Both the position numbers and the translations under genes were made by a program. Source: Pseudonocardiaceae bacterium (GTDB taxonomy: Bacteria > Actinomycetota > Actinomycetes > Mycobacteriales > Pseudonocardiaceae). From it: DNA of 64,000 bases. This document shows positions 55,201-64,000 of this stretch, in pieces (the first letter of the stretch is position 1; each line of letters opens with the position of its first letter). The DNA lies in contig JBOHFX010000091.1 in assembly GCA_050699875.1 (NCBI GenBank), positions 1,631-65,630 on the forward strand, written 5' to 3'. The notes below the pieces were generated by a model. That model saw nothing but the letters and a program-made list of their open reading frames with translations. It was not told the DNA's origin and made no database searches.

Positions 55201-58200
55201 ATGAGCACCGTGCAGTTCCGGCGATTACCGCGGCTGGCCGCGCCGAAGATGCCCGGTGGAGAGGTTCATCTGGAGGCGCCACCCGAGGTGCCCAGGGTCC
55301 TGCCCGGCAACATCGTGCAGAAGATCCTGCCGGTCGTGATGATCGTGGCCGTGCTGGGCATGTTGGCCTACGTCTTCACCAGCGGGGAGGCCAGAAGCAA
55401 CCCACTGTTCCTGATGTTTCCGATCATGATGGTGGTGTCGACCGCCGGCATGTTCATCGGCAACGGCCGTGGCGGCCAGGCCAAGGCCGAGATGAACGAG
55501 GACCGCAAGGATTACCTACGCTACCTGGGCCAGATGCGGGAACGGGCTCGGGAGGCCGCGCAGGAGCAGCGCGCGGCATTGGAGTGGAGCCATCCCGATC
55601 CCGCCGCGTTGTGGTCGATCGCAAGCAGCCGACGGATGTGGGAGCGCCGCGGCGGTGACCCGGACTTTTGCCACGTGCGGATTTGCCGGGGGTCGCAGCG
55701 GCTGGCCACCCGGCTGGTGCCGCCGCAGACCGGTCCGGTGGACGAGCTGGAGCCGATCACCACGTTGGCGCTGCGCCAGTTCGTCCGAGCGCATTCCATC
55801 GTGCCGGAGCTGCCGATTGCGATCTCGGTGCGTGGGTTCGCCGCGATCGGGATCTCCGGCGATCCGGCCCTGTCCCGGGGGCTGGCGCGCTCGATGGTGG
55901 CCCAGCTGGCTACCTTCCACAACCCCGACGACCTACTCGTTGCCGTGGCCACCGCTGGGCGGGCGAAGGCGGACTGGGAATGGGCGAAGTGGTTGCCGCA
56001 CGTGCAACATCCCAGCCGCGTCGACGGTGCCGGGCCGATGCGGATCATGGCCGGCTCGCTGGCCCAGATCGAGGAGCTGCTCGCCGAACAGTTCCGGGAC
56101 CGGCCGCGGTTCGCTCGCAATGCCCAGCCGCACGGCGACGGCCCGCATATTCTGATCGTCATCGACGGCGGGGAGGTCACCGGCGCGGAGCAGATCATCC
56201 TCGAGGAGGGACTGGCCGGGGTGACCCTGCTTGACCTCTCGGATTCACTGGGCACCCTGACCAGCCGCCGTGGGCTGCAGCTGGCGATCGAGGGTGCGGC
56301 GATCGGCGCCCGCGGGGCGACCGAGGTCGAGTTCTTCGGATCTCCTGACTCGCTGGGCGTCGTCGAGGCCGAGGCGGTGGCTCGCGCGTTGTGCCCCTAC
56401 CGCCTCGGCACAGCGGACTCGCAGGGCGAGGACGAGCCGCTGTCAGGCAGCAACGAGCTGCTCGAACTGCTTGGCCTTGCCGCGGATCCCCGCGCCTTAG
56501 ACGTCGCCCAGGCGTGGCGCCCGCGCCCGATCCGGGACCGGTTGCGGGTACCGATCGGGGTCGGCGAGTTCGGTCAACCGGTCGAGCTGGACATCAAGGA
56601 AGCCGCCCAGGGCGGGATGGGTCCGCACGGACTGTGCGTGGGGGCCACTGGATCGGGCAAGTCGGAGTTCCTGCGCACCCTGGTCCTGGGCCTGATCGCC
56701 ACCCACTCGTCGTCGATGCTCAACCTCGTGCTCGTCGACTTCAAGGGCGGCGCGACGTTCCTGGGCATGGAGCACGCCCCGCATGTCGCCGCGGTGATCA
56801 CCAACCTGGCCGACGACCTGACCCAGGTCACCCGCATGCAGGACGCGCTGGCCGGCGAGATGAATCGCCGCCAGGAACTGCTGCGCACCGCAGGAAACTT
56901 CGCCAACGTCAAGGACTACGAAAAGGCCCGGGAAAACGGCGCCGACCTCGATCCGCTGCCGGCGCTGTTCATCGTGATCGACGAGTTCTCCGAGTTGCTC
57001 GCCCAGAAACCGGAATTCATCGACCTGTTCGTGGCGATCGGCCGGCTGGGCCGCTCGCTGCAGATGCACTTGTTGCTTGCATCGCAACGCCTCGAGGAGG
57101 GCCGGCTGCGCGGCTTGGAGTCCCACCTGTCCTACCGGATCGGTCTGAAGACTTTCTCCGCCGGGGAGTCCCGGGCAGTGCTGGGGGTGCCCGACGCCTA
57201 CGAGCTGCCGCCGGTGCCCGGCTCGGGCTACCTGAAGTTCGACACCACGTCCATGGAGCGCTTCAAAGCGTCCTACGTCTCGGGCCCGTACCGCGCCGGC
57301 GGTGCCATCGCGGCGCCTGGTACGACTGAAGTCACTTCGGACCGCCGGCCCCGACCTTTCGTGCCCGACTACGTAGAGCCACCCGAGCCGGCTGAGGTCG
57401 CCGGGCACCACCACGTGATCGAGGCGCCGGTGATCGAGAACGTCACCGAACCCAGCGTGCTGGACATCGTGGTGGACCTGCTGAGAGGGCAGGGGCCACC
57501 GGCTCACGAGGTGTGGCTGCCGCCGCTGGAAGCGCCGCCCTCGCTGGATCAGCTGCTGCCCCCGTTGTCGGCGACCGAGGATCGCGGGTTGTCCCCGGTC
57601 GGGTTCTTCGGCAACGGCCGGCTCGCCGTCCCGGTCGGGATTGTGGACAAGCCCTACGAGCAGCGCCGTGACCTGCTCTGGGCGGACCTCTCCGGGGCCG
57701 CCGGCCACGCCGTGGTCACCGGCGGCCCGCAGTCTGGCAAGTCCACCCTGCTGCGTTCCATGCTGATGTCGCTGGCGCTCACCCACACCCCGGAAGAGGT
57801 GCAGTTTTTCGGCATCGACTTCGGTGGCGGCACGCTGGCGTCACTGGATGGCCTGCCGCACAGCGGCGGGGTGGCCGGGCGGCTGGAGCCGGACACAATC
57901 CGGCGCATTCTCGCCGAGGTGACCGGGTTGCTCACCGCCCGCGAGCAGCGCTTCCGATCCCAGGGCATCGATTCGATGGCCGATTTCCGGGCCCGCAAGC
58001 AACGCAGCCAAGCGACTGACGATCCCTTCGGCGATGTGTTCCTGGTGATCGACGGATGGCACAGCTTCCGCCAGGAGTTCGATGTCACCGACCTGGAGAT
58101 GCGGGTGGTGAACCTGGCCACCCAGGGTCTGTCCTACGGGGTGCACGTGGTGATCGGCGCCACCCGCTGGGCCGAGATCCGGCCCGCTTTGAAAGACCTG

Positions 58201-59196
58201 CTCGGTACCCGTTTCGAGCTGCGCCTCGGTGATCCGGGCGAGTCCGATATCGATCGGCGGGTGGCGGTCAATGTGCCGCCGGGTCGGCCGGGACGGGGAT
58301 TGTCCCGGGACAAGCTGCATTTCCTCGCCGCGCTACCCAGGATCGACGCGGCCACCAGCGCCGAGGACGTCGGCATCGGGGTGGCCGATGCGGTGGCGCA
58401 CATCCGCGGCGGGTGGCAGGGCCATCGGGCACCCCGGGTCCGGCTGCTGCCCGACCGGATCCCCTACCAGCAGTTGCCCACCCCGCAGCCGCCACGACCG
58501 CACCTGATCCCGATCGGGGTCAACGAGGCCGAGCTCGCGACGGTGTATCTCGACTTCGCCGCCGAGCCGCATTTCCTGTGCTTCGCCGAGGGCGAGTGCG
58601 GCAAGACCAACCTGCTGCGGACGATCGCCCGAGGCATTGTGCAACGCTGCTCGCCGGATCAGGCGCGCATCATCATGGTCGATTACCGCCGCACCATGCT
58701 CGGCTTCCTGGACTCCGAACACGTCATCGGGTACGGCATGTCCGCCGACTCGCTGACCCCGATCATCAGTGACGTGCAGCGTTCCATGCGCCAGCGCCTG
58801 CCTGGGGCCGGTGTCACCCAGCAGCAGCTCCGGGACGGCTCCTGGTGGTCGGGCCCGGAGCTCTACGTCCTGGTCGACGACTACGACCTGGTGGCCACCC
58901 AGGGCGGCCCGAACCCGCTCGCACCGCTGCTGGAGTTCTTGGCGCAGGCCAAGGACGTGGGACTGCATTTGATCGTCACCCGGCGTTCGGGTGGTGCCGC
59001 GCGGGCCCTGTTCGAGCCGTTCATCGCCCGGCTGCGGGAGCTGTCCACACCCGGCATCGTGATGAGCGGCAGCCCCGAAGAGGGCCCGTTGCTGGGCAAC
59101 GTCAAACCGGCTCTGATGCCGCCCGGTCGCGGCACTCTGATCGGGCGCAAGACCGGTCAGCAACTCGTCCAGATCGCCTGGATACCTACGGACTGA
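55201..59196 (+). CDS. eccC: Type VII secretion FtsK/SpoIIIE-family ATPase EccC (three ATPase domains)
   Basis: 'MSTVQFRRLPRLAAPKMPGGEVHLEAPPEVP' and two TM helices. P-loops are 'GATGSGKSEFL', 'GGPQSGKSTLL' and 'GECGKTNLL'. Confidence 0.95.
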   Translation: MSTVQFRRLPRLAAPKMPGGEVHLEAPPEVPRVLPGNIVQKILPVVMIVAVLGMLAYVFTSGEARSNPLFLMFPIMMVVSTAGMFIGNGRGGQAKAEMNEDRKDYLRYLGQMRERAREAAQEQRAALEWSHPDPAALWSIASSRRMWERRGGDPDFCHVRICRGSQRLATRLVPPQTGPVDELEPITTLALRQFVRAHSIVPELPIAISVRGFAAIGISGDPALSRGLARSMVAQLATFHNPDDLLVAVATAGRAKADWEWAKWLPHVQHPSRVDGAGPMRIMAGSLAQIEELLAEQFRDRPRFARNAQPHGDGPHILIVIDGGEVTGAEQIILEEGLAGVTLLDLSDSLGTLTSRRGLQLAIEGAAIGARGATEVEFFGSPDSLGVVEAEAVARALCPYRLGTADSQGEDEPLSGSNELLELLGLAADPRALDVAQAWRPRPIRDRLRVPIGVGEFGQPVELDIKEAAQGGMGPHGLCVGATGSGKSEFLRTLVLGLIATHSSSMLNLVLVDFKGGATFLGMEHAPHVAAVITNLADDLTQVTRMQDALAGEMNRRQELLRTAGNFANVKDYEKARENGADLDPLPALFIVIDEFSELLAQKPEFIDLFVAIGRLGRSLQMHLLLASQRLEEGRLRGLESHLSYRIGLKTFSAGESRAVLGVPDAYELPPVPGSGYLKFDTTSMERFKASYVSGPYRAGGAIAAPGTTEVTSDRRPRPFVPDYVEPPEPAEVAGHHHVIEAPVIENVTEPSVLDIVVDLLRGQGPPAHEVWLPPLEAPPSLDQLLPPLSATEDRGLSPVGFFGNGRLAVPVGIVDKPYEQRRDLLWADLSGAAGHAVVTGGPQSGKSTLLRSMLMSLALTHTPEEVQFFGIDFGGGTLASLDGLPHSGGVAGRLEPDTIRRILAEVTGLLTAREQRFRSQGIDSMADFRARKQRSQATDDPFGDVFLVIDGWHSFRQEFDVTDLEMRVVNLATQGLSYGVHVVIGATRWAEIRPALKDLLGTRFELRLGDPGESDIDRRVAVNVPPGRPGRGLSRDKLHFLAALPRIDAATSAEDVGIGVADAVAHIRGGWQGHRAPRVRLLPDRIPYQQLPTPQPPRPHLIPIGVNEAELATVYLDFAAEPHFLCFAEGECGKTNLLRTIARGIVQRCSPDQARIIMVDYRRTMLGFLDSEHVIGYGMSADSLTPIISDVQRSMRQRLPGAGVTQQQLRDGSWWSGPELYVLVDDYDLVATQGGPNPLAPLLEFLAQAKDVGLHLIVTRRSGGAARALFEPFIARLRELSTPGIVMSGSPEEGPLLGNVKPALMPPGRGTLIGRKTGQQLVQIAWIPTD

Positions 59197-59314
59197 CCCG
59201 CGGGCGTTCGCGCATGCAACGTTCTGCGACCACACGGTCACGGACCGGAACCGGTCGCCAGCTGTGGCGTTCCCCGTATAGGAAGACCGTCCAAGCCCGA
59301 GGAGACCGCAGCAG

Positions 59315-59629
59315 ATGGCACAGCAGTTCGGCGCGCAGTTCGAGCAGATGCAGGCGGCGGCGAACCACGTCGCCGAGGTGAATCAGAGCGTGCAGGGTCA
59401 GCTCATGGGTCTGCGCAACCAGCTGGCACCGCTGGCCGGGGGGTGGAAGGGCCAGGCCTCGACCGCCTTCCACTTGCTGATGGAGCGCTGGGACACCGAC
59501 GCGCGCAATCTCAATGAGGCGCTCAACAGCATCGGTGAGCAGATCCGGGGTTCCGGGACTACTTATGCGCAGGCCGACGAGGCCGAGAACCAGACCTATT
59601 CACGGATCAGCCAGGTGCTTGGTACCTGA
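59315..59629 (+). CDS. WXG100-family ESX substrate (EsxB/CFP-10-like partner with C-terminal YxxxD/E signal)
   Basis: 104 aa. 'LAGGWKGQASTAF' (W-x-G). The C-terminus 'GTTYAQADEAENQ' fits YxxxD/E. Confidence 0.85.
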   Translation: MAQQFGAQFEQMQAAANHVAEVNQSVQGQLMGLRNQLAPLAGGWKGQASTAFHLLMERWDTDARNLNEALNSIGEQIRGSGTTYAQADEAENQTYSRISQVLGT

Positions 59630-59680
59630 GTCCGCTTGCCCACCCGTACCGCTGGCGACCAGATCAAGGAGATAGACAAC

Positions 59681-59968
59681 GTGAGCGAAATCCTGGTCAC
59701 GTTCGGCGAGCTTGAAAGCGCGCGGAGCTCGATCCAGACGACGTGGACCAATATCAGCCGGGAGATGGAGGACCTCAAGAGGTACCTGCAACCGATGGTG
59801 GCGACCTGGACCGGCGACGCAGCGACTGCCTATCAGGCCCACCAAGCGAAGTGGGATCGATCGACCGCGGACCTGAACCAGGTGCTGAACCAGATCGGGG
59901 TGGCGCTGGGCACGTCGAACGACAACTATCAGGCTGGCGAAGCAGCGAACCGGGCTCGCTGGGCGTAG
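59681..59968 (+). CDS. WXG100-family ESX substrate (EsxA-like partner)
   Basis: AAGGAG lies 8 nt upstream of GTG 59681. 'MVATWTGDAATAYQAHQAKW' (W-x-G). 95 aa. Confidence 0.85.
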   Translation: MSEILVTFGELESARSSIQTTWTNISREMEDLKRYLQPMVATWTGDAATAYQAHQAKWDRSTADLNQVLNQIGVALGTSNDNYQAGEAANRARWA

Positions 59969-59985
59969 CCGCGCGGATCAGTATC

Positions 59986-60035
59986 GGGGTCGTCGCTGGC
60001 GTGTTGGCCCCAGCGTCCGGCGGCGACCCCGCTTT
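59986..60035 (+). terminator. Candidate terminator after the esx pair
   Basis: GGGGTCGTCGC (59986-59996) / GCGGCGACCCC (60020-60030) pairs 10 of 11, with an inner GCTGG/CCAGC stem, followed by GCTTT. Confidence 0.35.
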
Positions 60036-60170
60036 GACCGCATTGCGCGGCGGTCGGTATCGTTTCTCTACCGCTGTGCGGACGTGCGTGGCTCCGGAGT
60101 GGACGCCCACCTTGCAGGATGCACGGCTGCACCCGCACCCCGACGTAAACTGTGATGACGAGGTAGGTCC

Positions 60171-60614
60171 GTGCGCACGTACAGCCCCAAGCCCGGCGAG
60201 GTGCAACGCGCCTGGCATGTGATCGACGCCACGGACGTGGTGCTGGGCCGCCTGGCCAGTCAGGCCGCCACGCTGCTGCGCGGCAAACACAAACCGACCT
60301 ACGCCCCGCACGTCGACACCGGCGACTTCGTTGTGATCGTCAACGCCGGCCGGGTGGCCCTGTCGGGCAACAAGGGCGATCGAAGCTTCGTCTACCGGCA
60401 CAGCGGCCGACCAGGCGGGCTCAAGCGACGCTCCTTTACCGAGATGCTCGCCACGCGGCCGGAGCGACTGGTGGAGCGGGCTGTCAAGGGCATGCTCCCG
60501 AAGAACACACTGGGCCGGGCGATGGGCCGCAAGCTCAAGGTCTACGCGAGCGCCGAACATCCCCACGTGGCCCAACGACCCCAGCCGTTCGAGATCACGC
60601 AGGTGGCCCAGTGA
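60171..60614 (+). CDS. rplM: 50S ribosomal protein L13
   Basis: '[52 protein letters not shown]'. Confidence 0.97.
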   Translation: MRTYSPKPGEVQRAWHVIDATDVVLGRLASQAATLLRGKHKPTYAPHVDTGDFVVIVNAGRVALSGNKGDRSFVYRHSGRPGGLKRRSFTEMLATRPERLVERAVKGMLPKNTLGRAMGRKLKVYASAEHPHVAQRPQPFEITQVAQ

Positions 60615-61135
60615 CCATGTCGAACCCAGCGACCGCTCCTAGCGAGGACCCGAGAGACGCTGTGACCGTTCCGCAGACACCGCAACCCGAGGCCGGGCAA
60701 GCTGCCGTTGCTCGGGTACCGCTCGTGTCGGCGGTACCTGTGCCCAGCGGGACGGCAGTGCAGGCAGTCGGTCGCCGCAAGGAGGCGGTTGTCCGGGTGC
60801 GCCTGGTGCCCGGCAGCGGTGCCTTCACACTTAATGGCACGAGCCTGGAGCAGTACTTCCCGAACAAGGTGCACCAGCAGCTGATCCGGGAGCCCCTGCT
60901 CACCGTCAACCGGCCTGAGTCCTACGACGTGACCGGAACCCTTTCCGGTGGCGGTACTTCCGGCCAAGCCGGCGCGCTGCGGCTGGCCATTGCCCGAGCA
61001 TTGGTGGAGCTCAACGTCGATGACCGTCCGGCACTGAAGAAGGCCGGCTTTCTCACCCGCGATGCCCGAGTCAAGGAGCGCAAGAAGTACGGCCTGAAGA
61101 AGGCCCGTAAGGCGCCCCAGTACTCGAAGCGTTAG
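60611..61135 (+). CDS. rpsI: 30S ribosomal protein S9 (with N-terminal extension)
   Basis: '[17 protein letters not shown]...[19 protein letters not shown]...[25 protein letters not shown]'. Confidence 0.95.
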   Translation: MTMSNPATAPSEDPRDAVTVPQTPQPEAGQAAVARVPLVSAVPVPSGTAVQAVGRRKEAVVRVRLVPGSGAFTLNGTSLEQYFPNKVHQQLIREPLLTVNRPESYDVTGTLSGGGTSGQAGALRLAIARALVELNVDDRPALKKAGFLTRDARVKERKKYGLKKARKAPQYSKR

Positions 61136-61166
61136 GCCGCGCTGCGTTGACACCTTGCCTGTATTG

Positions 61167-62522
61167 ATGCCCCGCCTATTTGGCACCGACGGGGTACGGG
61201 GGCTGGCCAACGCCAAGCTCACGCCGGAGCTGGCGCTCGCCGTGTCCGGCGCGGCGGCGCGGGTGCTCGCCGACAGCGGCGTTGGAGGCCTTGGGGGTCT
61301 GCGGGGACGCCCGGTCGCAGTGGTGGGGCGGGACCCGAGAGCTAGTGGCGAGATGCTGGAGGCCGCCGTCACCGCAGGCCTCACCTCGGCGGGCGCCGAC
61401 GTGCTGCAGGTCGGCGTGTTGCCCACCCCAGCGGTTGCCCACCTGGTGGCCGAGTTCCGCGCAGACCTCGGTGTGATGATCTCCGGCTCGCACAACCCGA
61501 TGCCGGACAACGGCATCAAGCTCTTCGCCGCCGACGGCCACAAACTTCCCGACGCAGTAGAGGACGAGATCACCGCCCGGATGGGCGGCGGCGACGTCAA
61601 GCGTCCCACCGGAGCCGGGATCGGCCGGGTGCGCGACGTGCCGGAGGGCACCGGACGTTACGTCGACCACCTGCTGCGGGCCACACCGCATTCGCTGGAC
61701 GGCCTCCGCGTCGTGGTCGACTGCGCGCACGGCGCGGCGTCCGCCGTCGCTCCGCAGGTCTACCGCAAGGCCGGCGCCGAGGTAGTGGAGCTCCATGCGG
61801 AGCCCGACGGTCTCAATATCAACGACGGGTGCGGCTGTACCCAGCTGGACTCCCTGCGCAAGGCGGTGCTGGCGCAGCACGCCGCGATCGGTATCGCGCA
61901 CGACGGTGACGCGGACCGCTGTCTGGCGGTGGACGCCACCGGCGAGGTGGTGGATGGCGATCGGATCATGGCTATCCTGGCGCTGGCAATGCGAGACAGC
62001 GGTGAGCTGGTCGAGAACACCCTGGTCACAACCGTGATGAGTAATCTGGGTCTGCATCAGGCGATGCGCGAGCACGGCGTCAGGGTCAGGACTACCGCCG
62101 TGGGGGACCGGTATGTACTTGAGGCGCTGGTGGCGGGCGGGTTCTCGCTCGGCGGCGAGCAGTCCGGGCATGTGGTGCTGCCCCGGTACGCCACCACTGG
62201 TGATGGCCTGCTCACCGCATTGCGACTGATGGACCGGATGGTCGCCTCGGGTCAGAGCCTGGCGGATCTGGCCGGCGTGCTGACCCGACTGCCGCAGGTG
62301 TTGGTCAACGTCGCGGTCGCGGACAAGGCGGCGGTTGCGGCGGCGGCTGTGGTGGCCGACGCCATCGCTGGTGCACAGGCCGAGCTGGGAACGGCCGGCC
62401 GGGTGTTGCTGCGCCCGTCGGGCACCGAGCAGCTGGTGCGAGTGATGGTCGAAGCCCCTACCGAGTCCGTCGCCACCACAATCGCTCACCGCATTGCCAC
62501 GATTGTCGCGACCGCGAGTTGA
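61167..62522 (+). CDS. glmM: Phosphoglucosamine mutase
   Basis: '[15 protein letters not shown]', the phosphoserine loop '[14 protein letters not shown]', '[10 protein letters not shown]' and 'GGEQSGH'. Confidence 0.95.
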   Translation: MPRLFGTDGVRGLANAKLTPELALAVSGAAARVLADSGVGGLGGLRGRPVAVVGRDPRASGEMLEAAVTAGLTSAGADVLQVGVLPTPAVAHLVAEFRADLGVMISGSHNPMPDNGIKLFAADGHKLPDAVEDEITARMGGGDVKRPTGAGIGRVRDVPEGTGRYVDHLLRATPHSLDGLRVVVDCAHGAASAVAPQVYRKAGAEVVELHAEPDGLNINDGCGCTQLDSLRKAVLAQHAAIGIAHDGDADRCLAVDATGEVVDGDRIMAILALAMRDSGELVENTLVTTVMSNLGLHQAMREHGVRVRTTAVGDRYVLEALVAGGFSLGGEQSGHVVLPRYATTGDGLLTALRLMDRMVASGQSLADLAGVLTRLPQVLVNVAVADKAAVAAAAVVADAIAGAQAELGTAGRVLLRPSGTEQLVRVMVEAPTESVATTIAHRIATIVATAS

Positions 62523-62565
62523 CTCCGCCTTACTGTGTTCTACTCCAGAATGCAGTGATTGGACG

Positions 62566-62664
62566 TTAGCGTCCCGCCGATCTGAAAACCATCCATACCG
62601 CCCCAAGTGCGAATATAGCGATCACGATCCAGAGGACGACCAGCATAATGTAACCGATAACCAT
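62566..62664 (-). CDS. Candidate 32-aa hydrophobic micro-protein
   Basis: My own translation gives 'MVIGYIMLVVLWIVIAIFALGAVWMVFRSAGR*'. GGGAG lies 6 nt upstream of the ATG. The segment is locally AT-richer. Confidence 0.3.
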   Translation of the reverse strand: MVIGYIMLVVLWIVIAIFALGAVWMVFRSAGR

Positions 62665-62737
62665 GGCGACTCCCTTTGGCAAAGCGCCCGGCGTGGCGCT
62701 GCGCTTACTATAAGGCACCCACGGTGTCGGAGACTCG

Positions 62738-63523
62738 TCAAATCACACCAGGGGTTGGCGTCAGCACCGCGTCGTAGTCGGTGATCCCGGTGAGATGGTG
62801 CAGCAGGAACGCGGTGACTAGCGCGCGGCTGATCCGTCGAGTCCCGTACTGTGGCCGGCTGTCGATCACCAGGTCTGTCCAGTGCTGGCCCTGAAGGTAA
62901 CCGAGATGACCGGCGTCGGGCAGCAGCCGCACCTGCACTGGTCCTGCCCAAGCCGCTGCCACCGGGTTGGCGTGACCGACCGGTGGTGCCAGCAGATCCT
63001 TATCCCCGGCCAGGTGCAAACCCGGCATGGCGCAGTCGCGCGCCGCGACGACCGCTGAGGGCATGGTCTCGGCCAGCGCCAGCGTCACCACCGCGCGGCA
63101 ACGGTCGTCGGCCGCCGCGGCGAGCACTGCGCACCCACCTCCCATCCCATGCCCGGCCAGGCCGAGCTTGCCGGCATCTACACTGATCGCCCCTTCGCCC
63201 AGCCGGACGCCGGCGCACACGTCCAGGGTCGCGCGGAGATCGGCAGCGAGCTGGCGGTGCGACGCAAACGCGCCACCCTGGGTGGCCGGCGCCGCCGCGA
63301 CCAACCCCCAGGTGGCCAGGTGACGCAGCAACTCCTCATAGCGCGATGTCGGCTGCAACCAGCCGTGCCCGAACGCGACCGCGGGAAGCCCGAGCCCGGA
63401 CCTCGGAGTGAAAACCACGCCCGGCATGCCGGCCGAGGTGAGGTCACCGCGGGCCACCGGATGCGGACCCGGCCGGGAAAGCTCCTCAGCCGTGCGGCGG
63501 ACCGCGGGGTCGGTGCGTGCCAT
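62738..63523 (-). CDS. Alpha/beta-hydrolase-fold protein (dienelactone hydrolase/chlorophyllase-like) with Gly at the nucleophile position
   Basis: 'VAFGHGWLQ', the elbow 'LGLAGHGMGGGCAV' (G-H-G-M-G instead of G-H-S-M-G), 'LAGDKDLLAP', 'PDAGHLGYL'. Confidence 0.7.
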   Translation of the reverse strand: MARTDPAVRRTAEELSRPGPHPVARGDLTSAGMPGVVFTPRSGLGLPAVAFGHGWLQPTSRYEELLRHLATWGLVAAAPATQGGAFASHRQLAADLRATLDVCAGVRLGEGAISVDAGKLGLAGHGMGGGCAVLAAAADDRCRAVVTLALAETMPSAVVAARDCAMPGLHLAGDKDLLAPPVGHANPVAAAWAGPVQVRLLPDAGHLGYLQGQHWTDLVIDSRPQYGTRRISRALVTAFLLHHLTGITDYDAVLTPTPGVI

Positions 63524-63567
63524 GAGCCGGGAAGGTATCGGATTCGCGCTGGGCTAGCGTGACGCAC

Positions 63568-64000
63568 ATGTGCGGAATCGTGGGCTACGTAGGGCATCGA
63601 GGCGCTCTGGACGTCGTCCTGCAGGGTCTGGGCCGGCTGGAGTACCGCGGGTACGACTCGGCTGGTGTCGCGGTGCTCACCAGTACCGGCACTCTGACGG
63701 TGGCTCGTAAGGCCGGGGCCCTGGCCAATCTGATCGTCGAGCTGGACGCCACCGGGCGGGCTGCCTTCAGCGGCACTGCCGGGATGGGCCACACCCGCTG
63801 GGCCACCCACGGGGCGCCGACCGATCGCAACGCCCACCCGCACTGCGACACCACCGGCCGGCTCGCCGTGGTGCACAACGGGATCATCGAAAATCACGCC
63901 CAGCTGCGGGCCGAATTGGAGCGCAGCGGCGTGGAGCTGGCCAGCGACACCGACTCCGAGACCGCCGCGCATCTGCTCGCCGCGGCTTACGCGTGTTGCG
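63568..64000 (+). CDS. glmS: Glutamine--fructose-6-phosphate aminotransferase, 5' part (continues past the window)
   Basis: 'MCGIVGYVGHRGALDVVLQGLGRLEYRGYDSAGVAV...GHTRWATHGAPTDRNAHPH', with the Ntn Cys2. Confidence 0.9.
   Translation, partial: MCGIVGYVGHRGALDVVLQGLGRLEYRGYDSAGVAVLTSTGTLTVARKAGALANLIVELDATGRAAFSGTAGMGHTRWATHGAPTDRNAHPHCDTTGRLAVVHNGIIENHAQLRAELERSGVELASDTDSETAAHLLAAAYACC

Overview
High-GC actinobacterial chromosome, Mycobacteriales/Pseudonocardiales-like. All calls rest on reading the supplied ORF translations and the DNA by eye; no searches were run.

The window joins two blocks whose gene order I recognise from Mycobacterium tuberculosis.
- Block 1 matches def ... Rv0435c-like ATPase / pssA-psd-moeA / groEL2.
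- Block 2 matches infA-rpmJ-rpsM-rpsK-rpsD-rpoA-rplQ-truA / ESX-4-type type VII secretion locus / rplM-rpsI-glmM / glmS.

Accessory material sits in and around these blocks:
- The tail of an NRPS cluster (1-7150): T-C domains, MFS exporter, MbtH, type II thioesterase, and a large STAND-TPR-SARP regulator.
- An eight-gene, co-directional cluster (12524-20689) of the 'Nit1C / MSMEG_0565-0572 / Sll0783-0787' type, whose chemistry is unresolved. It holds a glycosyltransferase, two CN-hydrolases, a GNAT-AIR-synthase fusion, a radical SAM enzyme, an Sll0783-like protein, an amidohydrolase and a flavoprotein. One hydrolase paralogue lacks the catalytic Cys and Glu, the radical SAM motif is non-canonical, and the flavoprotein is frameshifted.
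- A 59-aa protein that is 36% histidine.
- A gene-decay patch (33.8-36.8 kb): truncated RidA, vapBC, and remnants of an ABC ATPase, a P-type ATPase, an ArsR regulator and a dioxygenase.
- An ESX-4-like locus that carries eccE plus a Walker-A-less FtsK-like protein. It is interrupted by a yefM/relE-type TA pair and NmrA-like genes. It also has an unusually long eccD-eccC spacer with 27-bp tandem repeats and a 16-bp palindrome, and a covarying relative of that palindrome closes the Nit1C-type operon.

No rRNA, tRNA, CRISPR array or transposase was seen.
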